DNA of 64,000 nt from a virus (taxonomy: Duplodnaviria > Heunggongvirae > Uroviricota > Caudoviricetes): the IMG/VR virus record IMGVR_UViG_3300035698_009402, positions 51,659 to 115,658 of that record; one strand, given 5' to 3'. The translations under genes and the position numbers were made by a program. Of the stretch, positions 1 to 9,185 are shown in pieces. The notes under the pieces are model-generated. The model was not told the DNA's origin, did no database searches, and saw only the letters and a program-made list of their open reading frames with translations. How positions within the stretch are numbered: position 1 is the first letter of the stretch; every line of letters starts with the position of its first letter.

Positions 1-315
1 ATTAGCCTTAAAACTAGGTTTGTTACTTATTAATTCCAGAAGGTTTTTAACTCCTAATAGATTGCTATTAAAAAATTCATCACTACTAATAATACTATTA
101 TCTACATGACTTTCTGCAGCTAAATTGAATATAATATCACAATCAGGAAGATACTTTATATCTTTAATATCTTCATTAATATCGCTATTTCTATAAAAGT
201 TATTACTACAATAGCTTCCTTTGTCTATAGTAAATACATTATATATCATATTTAATCTATTAGTTAAGTGAGAACCTATAAACCCTCTATTACCTGTAAC
301 TATTACTTTTTTCAT
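1..315 (-). CDS. NAD-dependent sugar-nucleotide dehydratase/epimerase, N-terminal part (gene runs off the window start)
   Basis: Minus-strand ATG at 315 gives MKKVIVTGNRGFIGSHL...LAAESHVD; Rossmann GxxGxxG and dTDP-glucose-4,6-dehydratase-like motifs. Confidence 0.55.
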   Translation of the reverse strand, partial: MKKVIVTGNRGFIGSHLTNRLNMIYNVFTIDKGSYCSNNFYRNSDINEDIKDIKYLPDCDIIFNLAAESHVDNSIISSDEFFNSNLLGVKNLLELISNKPSFKAN

Positions 316-1306
316 TATTTTTTCTTTTTATACTTTCTATTATTTTCTCAATGTCAGAATATTCTAACTGATAATGCAGCGGATAGCATAACATTTTATT
401 ATATAATTTAGTAGTATTGGTCATAGCTACTATAGGTTTATAATATTTTTTAATTTCTATTAAAGAATCTTTTTCATCAATATGTTCTCTATTTTTAAAT
501 ATCAAAGGCAAACAACTAGATATTTTTGGATCATTAGTTCTACCTAAACATTCTACACCTAAGTATTCTACTTCATTTAAAATAATATCTTGATATATTT
601 TTAGTGTTTTAGATACTTTATCTAATTCAGGATATTGCATTACATATTGTAAATTACCTGCAGCAGCTAATTCGCTTTGTTTGTAATTTCCACCTCTAAT
701 ATACTCATCAGGTATATTAAAATTAACTAATTTTCTAGCTTTATCTTCATATTCTTTATCAACTATTAATAGTCCACCTTCGCCAAACCCTAAAGCCTTT
801 GTATGATGTAAACTAACTACAGACATTTTATGATTATTTATAATGTTGCTGCCACCAAAAAAGGTATAAGGAGCTGCTGCAGCGTCTAATAAATCAGAAG
901 GTTTTTCTACATTTATAAATGTATCTAAATAATATCCGAAATACGCAACTATTAAATCATGACTTCCAGATACTTCATCTTTTACAATTACATTGTTTAA
1001 TAATCCCGCACTTCTAAAATTAAAAGAAGAAGTAGTTAAGCTTCTACCTAATAATCTTTCTGCAATTAATAAAGCAGAGGTAGCACTATTAACCATAATT
1101 ACTGATTTTGAAGAAGATATTTTTAACTTGTCTTTAAAGTATTTCTCTGCTCTTTGTACTACCGGCCCATAGTTAGCATAATGATTAAGTTTATCACTGT
1201 CTGTAAGAATATACTCCAATAATTTATAATTTATGTGCTTTTTAGGTAAAAAACTTATTCTATATTGTTCCATACGAATTCCCAATCTATCCCCGGCGAT
1301 ATGCAA
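290..1306 (-). CDS. DegT/DnrJ/EryC1/StrS-family PLP-dependent sugar aminotransferase
   Basis: 338 aa ORF; family-typical motifs incl. SLHHTKALGFGEGG lysine region; true start may be the internal Met (MEQYRIS) at ~1273. Confidence 0.65.
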   Translation of the reverse strand: MHIAGDRLGIRMEQYRISFLPKKHINYKLLEYILTDSDKLNHYANYGPVVQRAEKYFKDKLKISSSKSVIMVNSATSALLIAERLLGRSLTTSSFNFRSAGLLNNVIVKDEVSGSHDLIVAYFGYYLDTFINVEKPSDLLDAAAAPYTFFGGSNIINNHKMSVVSLHHTKALGFGEGGLLIVDKEYEDKARKLVNFNIPDEYIRGGNYKQSELAAAGNLQYVMQYPELDKVSKTLKIYQDIILNEVEYLGVECLGRTNDPKISSCLPLIFKNREHIDEKDSLIEIKKYYKPIVAMTNTTKLYNKMLCYPLHYQLEYSDIEKIIESIKRKNNEKSNSYR

Positions 1307-2004
1307 TTATTTTGTAAGTGAGTAGTTGTTGAGGGGATAGGGCATACACAAATATTTTGTTTAAATACCTTCCAAGTCCAACTATCCTCTGCAAATACTC
1401 CCGCTCTTTGTAAATCTATTTTATACTGTTTAAATGTTTTGGCTTTAGCAATCATAGTTAAAGTACTACTAGGTACTGTTCTATAATGTTGTCCATCTAT
1501 ATTAAATAGTTCACATAATTTACTTCTATCTATAGTATACCTGTCTGGATAATCATATGGTAAGTAAAATCCATTATATCCTTTAGAAAATAAAGTAACT
1601 AAAGTTTTTCTCCAACCTGTGTTATGTAAGTAATCATCCTCACATATATAAACTAATTCATCTTCAAGAGTTTCTATAGTATCTAAAAAGTACTTAATAA
1701 AGTCTATACAATGATTTACAGCAGTATAGTGATACTCCTTGTAAGGATGATCGTATTCTGCTAATGCGGGAATATCTTTAATAACTAGGTTACAATGACT
1801 ATTATCTGTAAACCATTTTTTAGTTTCTTCAGTAACATTATCACAAACAATATGAACGGTATCATTATAAGATAACTCGTTAAGTAAACTTATCCAACAT
1901 TTTTTCATTATTTCCGGTTTTGTATATTCTAACCATCGTTTTTGTTTTCCACCCAAACTTCCTGGACTTAAATTAGTTTCACAAGCCCTAAAAAATACTA
2001 ACAA
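1255..2004 (-). CDS. hypothetical protein, possible glycosyltransferase of the sugar-modification cluster
   Basis: 249 aa ORF co-oriented inside the sugar-nucleotide gene cluster; acidic EDD motif; no firm family match by eye. Confidence 0.35.
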   Translation of the reverse strand: MLVFFRACETNLSPGSLGGKQKRWLEYTKPEIMKKCWISLLNELSYNDTVHIVCDNVTEETKKWFTDNSHCNLVIKDIPALAEYDHPYKEYHYTAVNHCIDFIKYFLDTIETLEDELVYICEDDYLHNTGWRKTLVTLFSKGYNGFYLPYDYPDRYTIDRSKLCELFNIDGQHYRTVPSSTLTMIAKAKTFKQYKIDLQRAGVFAEDSWTWKVFKQNICVCPIPSTTTHLQNNCISPGIDWEFVWNNIE

Positions 2005-2650
2005 CTTCTACTCCTTTATTTACTCGCACACGTTTATTATGAGGTATACTAGATCTTAAAGTTATCCCCGCAGTAACGCTATTATTATGTCCCAAAGTAA
2101 CCTTAGGCAATATCATTACGCCTGCTCCTATAAAATTATCATTTTTTATTTTTACATGACCTAAAGCACATACATAGGGACAAAATACATTAAAATCACC
2201 TACAACCACATCATGACATAAATCGCATCCTATATTAAATAGATTATAATTACCTATAACAACATCCGTACTAGCTACAAGAGTTTTAGGACAAAAAACA
2301 TTACCTCTACCAATAGTACTTTGAATAGTATTAGGTATAAAATTCGTGAAGTAAAAATTAGGAAATAGTAGATCTAATTCATAATCTTCAAAAAATTTTT
2401 CGAATATTCTAACTATTCCTTGTCTTAAAGGTACTTCTCCTACTGCTAATATTATTTTATCTTCTATACTATTAATATTAGATATATTATAAGTGTTACT
2501 TACATTATTAACATCAATTAACATTTTACTTTCTAAATCTATATCTACTACTATAGGAGTAATATACGTATTAGTTAATATAAAATCATCTAGATATGTT
2601 CTTATCTCCTTATAAAACCCGCCACTACCTATTATAAATAATCTGCTCAT
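1988..2650 (-). CDS. hexapeptide-repeat sugar N-acetyltransferase (NeuD/PglD-like)
   Basis: N-terminal IIGSGGFYKEI like NeuD IIGAGGHAK; left-handed beta-helix hexapeptide repeats in the C-terminal half. Confidence 0.6.
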   Translation of the reverse strand: MSRLFIIGSGGFYKEIRTYLDDFILTNTYITPIVVDIDLESKMLIDVNNVSNTYNISNINSIEDKIILAVGEVPLRQGIVRIFEKFFEDYELDLLFPNFYFTNFIPNTIQSTIGRGNVFCPKTLVASTDVVIGNYNLFNIGCDLCHDVVVGDFNVFCPYVCALGHVKIKNDNFIGAGVMILPKVTLGHNNSVTAGITLRSSIPHNKRVRVNKGVEVVSIF

Positions 2651-3384
2651 TAAACCCTCTCATCTATTGTTCTATATAATTCTGTATGTTCCCATAATTC
2701 TAATAATATTTTTAAGTTATGACTCCAATAATTATTATATTTACTATCACTTTTCATAATTTGTTTATTATCTTTACTTTCATGGTGAATTAAAGTTATT
2801 GGTGTTTGTAGTATATCCCATCCCTTGCTGCGAGCTTTTAAACAATAATCTACATCTCTGTTATAAGTCCATAAATATCTTCTATCAAAATTACCAACAT
2901 CATTTATAACTTGTCGTCTGATATAAATACCACCAAAGGTAGTCCAAGCTACTTTTCTGAGAAAATCATATTGTCCCACATCTTCTTCCGGTTCTTTGAA
3001 AAAAGATTGGCTATCAATATCTATGCCGCTTCCAAAATGGTCAGGACGATTATTAACAAATTTACCTCCTGCACTTTGCACATATGTTTTACCTTCTAAT
3101 TCTGGATACAATAATTTACATCCGAACATACCGTAATTCATATAATCATCTGATTTAGCTAAATCACATAAATCATAATACCATTGGTTATTAGAATCTA
3201 TAGGCATCATATCACTGTGTAAAATTATCACATCACTGTCACAATTATTCCACATCTTTTCAAACATTAAGTCACTACCTATTTTTTTAGTATCTTGCAT
3301 AAATAAACAAGGTATATTATATAATCTTTGTCGTAATTCAGATATTTCCAATTCATTTACATAAGGTATTATAACTAACGTCAT
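2650..3384 (-). CDS. family-2-like glycosyltransferase
   Basis: N-terminal LVIIPYVNE, DSDVIILHSD (DxD-like), DVDYCLKARSKGWDI typical of GT-A/GT2 folds; ATGA overlap with the upstream gene. Confidence 0.5.
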   Translation of the reverse strand: MTLVIIPYVNELEISELRQRLYNIPCLFMQDTKKIGSDLMFEKMWNNCDSDVIILHSDMMPIDSNNQWYYDLCDLAKSDDYMNYGMFGCKLLYPELEGKTYVQSAGGKFVNNRPDHFGSGIDIDSQSFFKEPEEDVGQYDFLRKVAWTTFGGIYIRRQVINDVGNFDRRYLWTYNRDVDYCLKARSKGWDILQTPITLIHHESKDNKQIMKSDSKYNNYWSHNLKILLELWEHTELYRTIDERV

Positions 3385-3385
3385 C

Positions 3386-4399
3386 TTATATTAACCGCTC
3401 TTTCCAAGTAGCAGGAGTTTTTTCTGTAATAAATTCTAAATCAAGATGATAGTCAAAAGGTTTAGCTCCTTGATTTCTAATCCATCCTACTAAAGATTTT
3501 ATAGTATCTTCAGTACTTATTTTTTGTTCATAATCTAATCTTACTTTAGCTTTACCGCTAGAACAATGAGCATGTTTTACTTCATTAGGTCTATGTTCGT
3601 AATATTCAAATTCAGGATAAATATCTAAACTTCTAGCTACAATAAATCCTAGTTCCTTTATAGTAATTGCATTCTTATCTGGTCCTATATTAAATATTTG
3701 ACCAGTTTCAAACTTTCCATCTACTAACTTCCTAATAGCTGCTACACAGTCTCTAACATCACTAAAACTTCTAGTTTGACTACCGTCACCATAAATAACT
3801 ATAGGCTTATTTTGTAATAATCTATTAGCCATAATACTTGCAACATTTCTATAAGGATCTGTGTATCTTTGTCCCGGCCCTACTATGTTGTGAGGTACTA
3901 CATGATTTACTCTAATACCATGAATACTGCTCAATAAATTTAATTGTTGTTCTGCGTGAAGTTTAGCTAATCCATAAGGGTCTGCAGGTTTGCATTTCAT
4001 ATTTTCTTTAAAAGGCGCTTCTATATCTCCATACCTAGCCATACTGCTACAGTTTATAAATAGTTCTACATTATTATGTATAGCTGCGCTAGCCACACTT
4101 ACAGTTCCTGTAAAAATACTTTCAGTTACTAATTTAGGGCTAAACACGCTTAGACCTTCATAAGGTAAACTAGCACAATGAATAACTACATCAATGTCAT
4201 TATTCATATGTTCTTTTAACTTATTTAATTGTAATATATCAAGATACTCAAAAGCTTTTAAATCTTTCAATGGTATGTTGGATTTATAACCTCCAATTAA
4301 ATTATCACAACCAGATACTGTATATCCGTTACTAATAAAATATTTTGCTAAGTTAGAACCCATTAATCCGGCTACCCCGGTAATATAAATATTTTTCAT
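3386..4399 (-). CDS. NAD-dependent epimerase/dehydratase (SDR family, UDP-sugar 4-epimerase-like)
   Basis: ITGVAGLMGSNL Rossmann motif; YGLAKLHAEQ (YxxxK catalytic motif); 337 aa. Confidence 0.7.
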   Translation of the reverse strand: MKNIYITGVAGLMGSNLAKYFISNGYTVSGCDNLIGGYKSNIPLKDLKAFEYLDILQLNKLKEHMNNDIDVVIHCASLPYEGLSVFSPKLVTESIFTGTVSVASAAIHNNVELFINCSSMARYGDIEAPFKENMKCKPADPYGLAKLHAEQQLNLLSSIHGIRVNHVVPHNIVGPGQRYTDPYRNVASIMANRLLQNKPIVIYGDGSQTRSFSDVRDCVAAIRKLVDGKFETGQIFNIGPDKNAITIKELGFIVARSLDIYPEFEYYEHRPNEVKHAHCSSGKAKVRLDYEQKISTEDTIKSLVGWIRNQGAKPFDYHLDLEFITEKTPATWKERLI

Positions 4400-4435
4400 T
4401 TAATCTTATTAAAAAAGGCGGGAGTAAATCCCACC

Positions 4436-5131
4436 TTAATCTACCTCCCTGCAATAACCTGCTTGTGCAGGAAATGCTGAAGAAACCTTATCTACATAAT
4501 TACTATGTATATTAATTCCCATTTTTTGTAGTGTTTTTCTAGTTCTGTAGTAAAGTTCAAAAATACTTACAGGATTCTCAGAATTTCTATAAAAATAAGT
4601 ACTAGTAACTTTACTATATTCAGGAACCCCCATATTAGTACCTACATCTGCAGTGTTTAATAACGTAGAATTAGGAGTTCTATAAACGGTTTTCTTAACA
4701 AGAGGTACAGTATAGGAATCAAATATCATATCAGAAAATACAGTATTCTTTTCTGGAAATATAGCTACTCCAATAACTCCTAAATTACTAGAACCTTCAC
4801 CCAGCTTTACAGCATAACTATTAGATACATTTTCATCAAATTGAAATCTTCTTTCAGTTTCACTATTTACTCTAAAACCTTTTACTATTATACTAGATTC
4901 TTTATTTATTATGTAACCTCTATTCGAAAATTTACCTGTAGATCCATTAACGACGTCTAACCCATCTACTGTTATTAAAGCTTCTATTCTAAAGTTATTT
5001 CTATTTTCTATTTTTATAGAATAATTAAATCCTTGTCTTGATTCTATATAAGTATTTCTATCTTTATTATATTCAGTAAAGGTATTATCATTATCAGTAA
5101 CAACACTAACTTTTACATTATTTTTATACAT
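4436..5131 (-). CDS. hypothetical protein
   Basis: 231 aa ORF, co-oriented, last gene of the leftward block; no recognisable motif. Confidence 0.45.
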   Translation of the reverse strand: MYKNNVKVSVVTDNDNTFTEYNKDRNTYIESRQGFNYSIKIENRNNFRIEALITVDGLDVVNGSTGKFSNRGYIINKESSIIVKGFRVNSETERRFQFDENVSNSYAVKLGEGSSNLGVIGVAIFPEKNTVFSDMIFDSYTVPLVKKTVYRTPNSTLLNTADVGTNMGVPEYSKVTSTYFYRNSENPVSIFELYYRTRKTLQKMGINIHSNYVDKVSSAFPAQAGYCREVD

Positions 5132-5225
5132 ATTTTCTCCTTTACTTCATATGTTTACTTGTATCTACATTGATACTATATTAAGTATATTTGTATTTTA
5201 ACCAGATTGCAAAATAAATTTTAAT

Positions 5226-5474
5226 TTATCTATCTTTTCGTATTTTTCTATAATGAGTCTGATCATCATTCTGCAACTTTTGTAGTCTTTCTTTACGTTC
5301 TTTAGCTACTCGTTTAGCACTTTGCAAATCTGCTAATCTTCTTTTTTGAGATTTACTAGTATAATACTTCTTATCCTTCATAGTTTGAAAGAAGTTTTCT
5401 TTTCCTAACTTTTTCATCAAAGATTTGTATGCTTTATTTACATTATTATTTCTTACTTTTACTTTCATATCCAT
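5226..5474 (-). CDS. rpsU: ribosomal protein bS21 homologue (phage-encoded)
   Basis: 82 aa very basic protein; KVKVRNNNVNKAYKSLMKKLGKE...KKYYTSKSQKRR aligns with the bS21 pattern (VxVRENE..AL.RFKR...EfYEKPS.rRKR). Confidence 0.5.
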   Translation of the reverse strand: MDMKVKVRNNNVNKAYKSLMKKLGKENFFQTMKDKKYYTSKSQKRRLADLQSAKRVAKERKERLQKLQNDDQTHYRKIRKDR

Positions 5475-5785
5475 CCAATTTCATATAAGGTCATTAGTAC
5501 TGTATCATTAGAAAATTTACCTTCTAGCTTAAATACTAGCTGTTCATTTTTTAAATATAAGAAAGTAGGGTATTTTGCTATAGAAAATTTATCGTCATAA
5601 ACTTTATTATTTACTTCAGTAGAAATTCCTAAACTTGCTAACTTATCCATTTCATATCTTACATATGTTTCTGTATTAGCATTGTAGTATCCTACTACTT
5701 TAGTTATATTTTTTTTTATTACTTTTATTTTAGACTTTTGCAAATCAGTTAAAGGTAATAGGTTTATTATAGAATCTTTATTCAT
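5465..5785 (-). CDS. hypothetical protein (thioredoxin-like fold? no CxxC)
   Basis: 106 aa ORF overlapping the bS21 gene start (ATGA); weak thioredoxin-like C-terminal pattern. Confidence 0.35.
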   Translation of the reverse strand: MNKDSIINLLPLTDLQKSKIKVIKKNITKVVGYYNANTETYVRYEMDKLASLGISTEVNNKVYDDKFSIAKYPTFLYLKNEQLVFKLEGKFSNDTVLMTLYEIGWI

Positions 5786-5834
5786 TATTTACTTTAAATA
5801 GTGTGGAAAACTATTTGTCTCCTTAAAATAAGAT

Positions 5835-5863
5835 TTGCTTACTTGCCAAAAATTTGTGATAAT
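5835..5863 (+). promoter_or_regulatory. sigma70-like promoter TTGCTT-N17-GATAAT at the divergence point between leftward and rightward gene blocks
   Basis: TTGCTT at 5835-5840, 17-nt spacer, GATAAT at 5858-5863; first rightward CDS at 5968. Confidence 0.4.
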
Positions 5864-5967
5864 TGTTTTATCGCAGTAATTTATACATTGTATAAAAAAA
5901 AGCTGCGTAAGGCAACCAGTTTTTTAAAAAATTTTTAAAACTGTTATTACAATTATCAGGAGAATAA

Positions 5968-6168
5968 ATGAATTATACTAAGCTATCAGAAGCTAAACAA
6001 TATTTTTACGCAGCTAGAGAACAAGAAATACCAATGGCTGTGGATATTCTAAATGACTATGAAGAATTACTTGACATGGGGCAAGATTTTGCGGCTAATC
6101 ATATGTTATTAGAAATTTATAAACAAGTATTACTAATTGAAAAGGATGATATTAATGTCAACACGTAA
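5968..6168 (+). CDS. hypothetical protein
   Basis: 66 aa; first rightward gene after the promoter at 5835; AGGAG-like RBS. Confidence 0.4.
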   Translation: MNYTKLSEAKQYFYAAREQEIPMAVDILNDYEELLDMGQDFAANHMLLEIYKQVLLIEKDDINVNT

Positions 6169-6451
6169 GAAAAAGAAAAGTGATTTCGTAAATTATGATT
6201 TTGGGTCTACACAAATAGCTATTAGAGAATCTAAGAATTTAGCTAGATGGAATCCTAAAATGTCGGTAGCAACAATGGAGAAAGCAAGAAACGTAATTTT
6301 TAGCGAAATAATGGAACAAGAGTATAACAAAGCAGTAAATCATATTAACACTACTTTTACTAGCATTGAGAATAAATTTTATTATAAATCAGAAAATTAT
6401 TGGGGAGATACTGTTCCTATTAGGCTAGCAAGGGAGAATAACTTTGAGTAA
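6137..6451 (+). CDS. hypothetical protein
   Basis: 104 aa ORF, overlapping-start arrangement with its neighbours. Confidence 0.4.
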   Translation: MKRMILMSTRKKKKSDFVNYDFGSTQIAIRESKNLARWNPKMSVATMEKARNVIFSEIMEQEYNKAVNHINTTFTSIENKFYYKSENYWGDTVPIRLARENNFE

Positions 6452-6656
6452 GTTTTTATTAATAGATGATAGTATTAATAATTTAATGGCTATTAAAAGA
6501 AAAATTAATGACTATGAATTAGAGGTAGAACTTGCTGCCTCTATTATGCTCAATAAAAATCTTAAAAACGATGAATTAATCGAAATGTTACATTTTCTGA
6601 TAAAAGCAGTAGAAAATAAAGAAGTTAAAAAAGTAGCAGAACTAACAAAGCACTAA
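6444..6656 (+). CDS. hypothetical protein
   Basis: 70 aa ORF, translationally coupled to the upstream ORF. Confidence 0.4.
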   Translation: MSKFLLIDDSINNLMAIKRKINDYELEVELAASIMLNKNLKNDELIEMLHFLIKAVENKEVKKVAELTKH

Positions 6657-6720
6657 ATTTTTTAAAAAACAATTTGCTATGATGTTAAAAAATTTCTATC
6701 TTATAAAGGAATAGGGAAAA

Positions 6721-7197
6721 ATGTTAGACAAAATTATAAGTGGAGGTCAATCAGGAGCTGATGTAGCTGGTCTTGATGCTGCTATAGAATTAGGCATACC
6801 TACTGGAGGTACTATGCCTAACAAATTCAAAACTGAAAATGGTAATAAACCAGAGTATGAAAAATTATATAATATGATTGAAGATGGTCATAGTAATTAT
6901 ATATTTAGAACAGAACAGAATGTTATAAATAGTTCTGGTACTTTACTATTAGGAAATATAAATAGTGCGGGTACTAAATTAACTATTAAATATTGTTCTT
7001 GGTTTAAGAAACCTTATTATATAGTACCTTTTCCTAATATTGAATTAAAGAAACTCAGTTTATCTGTTTGGATTTATCATAATAAAATTAATATATTAAA
7101 TGTAGCTGGTAATAGAGAATCTACTAATCCAGGTATATATAATTATACTAAATATTATTTACTTAAGGAGCTATATGAATTTAATAGAACATTTTAA
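6721..7197 (+). CDS. SLOG-family protein (PF12694 'putative molybdenum carrier'-like)
   Basis: N-terminal IISGGQSGADVAGLDAAIELGIPTGGTMP matches the GGQTGVDRAALDAAlelgIpcGG signature. Confidence 0.5.
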   Translation: MLDKIISGGQSGADVAGLDAAIELGIPTGGTMPNKFKTENGNKPEYEKLYNMIEDGHSNYIFRTEQNVINSSGTLLLGNINSAGTKLTIKYCSWFKKPYYIVPFPNIELKKLSLSVWIYHNKINILNVAGNRESTNPGIYNYTKYYLLKELYEFNRTF

Positions 7198-7543
7198 AGA
7201 TAAAACTATGGGATATTTAATAACTGATCCTGTAGACTATATGAATACTGATTTAGAAATCTTAATAAATGACGACTTTACTATTGCTGGACAGTATATA
7301 GGGACAGCTAATATAGTAATAGCTCAGCATTATATACATTATTATCTATATGATAATGAAGTATTTGGAGATAATTTTGCTGATTATTCTGATATTTCTA
7401 CTAAAGTATGGAATATAGTATTAAATGAATTAATTGAAGAACACTTAGTAGAAGAAACCCCTGACAGTAAAAGAAGGAATTTTATAGTAATAACCAATGA
7501 AGATTATACACCTAGTGAACCAATACAAGAATTGGTACAATAA
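7175..7543 (+). CDS. hypothetical protein
   Basis: 122 aa acidic ORF. Confidence 0.4.
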   Translation: MNLIEHFKDKTMGYLITDPVDYMNTDLEILINDDFTIAGQYIGTANIVIAQHYIHYYLYDNEVFGDNFADYSDISTKVWNIVLNELIEEHLVEETPDSKRRNFIVITNEDYTPSEPIQELVQ

Positions 7544-7913
7544 CTATAATAATAATTTTTATAACAACCTATTAGATATAGCTATTAAAGTATCTGTTGT
7601 AGATAATAAAATTCAAACCAGTAGTTGTAAATATAAAGATAAAATATTTTATATCCGTATAAATACTAGACAAGCTACTGAAGATATTCTAGAATACAGT
7701 TTATATAATACAGACTTTGAAATAGGAGACTACATAGGAACATATGAGGATAAGTTAACCATAATTATATGCCATGAGTTAGCTCATGTATATAGTTTTA
7801 TAGATGCAGGTATGTATAAACATATTGTAGAACAAAATCCTCATGGAGATAATTTTCAAAATCATTACAGAATATTACGAAACCATTTTGTAAATTATCG
7901 AGAAGCCGCCTAA
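7497..7913 (+). CDS. HExxH zinc-metallopeptidase-like (SprT-like) small protein
   Basis: IICHELAHVYSF motif; one of three small HExxH proteins in this window. Confidence 0.4.
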   Translation: MKIIHLVNQYKNWYNNYNNNFYNNLLDIAIKVSVVDNKIQTSSCKYKDKIFYIRINTRQATEDILEYSLYNTDFEIGDYIGTYEDKLTIIICHELAHVYSFIDAGMYKHIVEQNPHGDNFQNHYRILRNHFVNYREAA

Positions 7914-7959
7914 AATTAGGGGCTATAATTAATCTTGCTTATAAAAGGAGAATATAAAG

Positions 7960-8340
7960 ATGAATACAATATTACTAAATTTTGACCAACTTTTTAATGG
8001 ATGTGCTGATTGGCAGGACACTATTAGAAAAACTTTCGGACTACCTTTTAACGTAGTTAAACAAGGGAATGACTTAGTATATGAATTAAGTTTAGCTGGA
8101 TATGCTAAAGAAGATATTGAAGTTAATGCAGAAGCCGGCGTAGTTAGAATAAAAGCTTCTAAAGACGATGATGAAGTAGAATATAAACATAAAGGATTAA
8201 CTTATAGAGATATAATGTCTTCTATTCCTGTTCCTAATATGTATATAGTATCTAAAGTATCTTATAAAGACGGTTTACTGAGGATTCATTTTTCATTAAC
8301 CAATACACCTAACAAAACTAAGATTACCATTGAAGACTAA
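7960..8340 (+). CDS. small heat-shock protein (Hsp20/alpha-crystallin family)
   Basis: 126 aa; alpha-crystallin domain pattern (ELSLAGYAKEDIEVNAEAGVVRIKASK ... LLRIHF). Confidence 0.7.
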   Translation: MNTILLNFDQLFNGCADWQDTIRKTFGLPFNVVKQGNDLVYELSLAGYAKEDIEVNAEAGVVRIKASKDDDEVEYKHKGLTYRDIMSSIPVPNMYIVSKVSYKDGLLRIHFSLTNTPNKTKITIED

Positions 8341-8365
8341 GGTAGTAAATATAAAAAACCAATAA

Positions 8366-8590
8366 TACGAAGTCTATATAGGTAGACCTAGTATTTTTGG
8401 TAATCCTTATCCTGTAGGGAAAAACAGAACCAGAAGTATAGAATTATTTGAAAAGTATTTCCTAGAGAGAGTAAAAACCGATAAAATATTTGAATTAGAA
8501 GTAAAAAACTTAAAAGGTAAAATATTAGGATGTTTTTGTAGCCCTAATTTATGCCACGGAAATATAATCATTAACTATTTAGAGAAGTAA
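8366..8590 (+). CDS. DUF4326-like ORF lacking a canonical start codon
   Basis: Open frame after an in-frame TAA at 8363; YIGRPSIFGNPYPVGKN...LGCFCSPNLCHGNIIINYL matches the DUF4326 pattern; no ATG/GTG/TTG in frame. Confidence 0.3.
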   Translation, partial: YEVYIGRPSIFGNPYPVGKNRTRSIELFEKYFLERVKTDKIFELEVKNLKGKILGCFCSPNLCHGNIIINYLEK

Positions 8591-8591
8591 A

Positions 8592-9185
8592 ATGATCAGC
8601 ATTGACAGATACCATACATTAGTATTAAACGCGGACTATAGTCCTATCAACGTGTTAAAACTTGCTACTATTCCAGTGCAGGATGCTTTAACACGAGTAT
8701 TCAATGGTACCTGTCATGTAGTAGAAACTTATGATAGAACCATTAAAACTCCTAATATAGAGAATCAAATTCTTCTTCCTAGTGTTATTGCTAGGAATCA
8801 GTTCGAGCATTTACCAAAAGAAATTACTAGTAACCCAGTAGCTGAGTATCTTTATTATAGAGATCACGCGGTTTGTGCTTACACAGGTGAACCCCTTACT
8901 CTTAGAAAAGGTAGACATAATACTTTAACTATTGATCACGTAATCCCTAGAAGTAAGGGTGGTACCAATACTTGGGATAATGTAGTTGCTAGTTTAGGTA
9001 GTATAAACTTAGCTAAAGGCGATAGTATGCCTACAGGAATGTGGAAACCTAAAAAGAGAGCTTATAAACCTTCTTATTACGACCTAGTTAATGCTAGGAA
9101 AAAATTTCCTATTGTAGTATTTAATGAGAATTGGATTCCATACTTAGGTGATTGGGAAGGTGAAATTGAGGTTAGGAAACTATAA
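8592..9185 (+). CDS. HNH endonuclease
   Basis: TIDHVIPRSKGGTNTWDNVVASLGSINLAKG is an HNH motif (H-N-N/H with conserved Asp/Asn). Confidence 0.65.
   Translation: MISIDRYHTLVLNADYSPINVLKLATIPVQDALTRVFNGTCHVVETYDRTIKTPNIENQILLPSVIARNQFEHLPKEITSNPVAEYLYYRDHAVCAYTGEPLTLRKGRHNTLTIDHVIPRSKGGTNTWDNVVASLGSINLAKGDSMPTGMWKPKKRAYKPSYYDLVNARKKFPIVVFNENWIPYLGDWEGEIEVRKL

Noticed and set aside
2911-3099. Short antisense or alternate-frame ORFs from the six-frame track that lie inside longer, motif-supported genes. Examples: 2911-3099(+), 13952-14149(-), 15335-15541(-), 16097-16297(-), 16903-17094(-), 17785-18060(-), 18470-18685(-), 18872-19069(-), 26758-26940(+), 29238-29480(-), 30326-30646(-), 32506-32697(-), 43023-43211(-), 43270-43560(-), 47253-47516(-), 50349-50597(-), 51474-51656(-), 58335-58550(-), 60064-60261(-), 60729-60953(-), 60802-61002(-), 62778-62996(-).
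   Set aside because: Each is fully embedded in a longer same-locus ORF on the dominant strand that has recognisable motifs or fits the tight operon packing. Their composition is that of the reverse complement of coding sequence.
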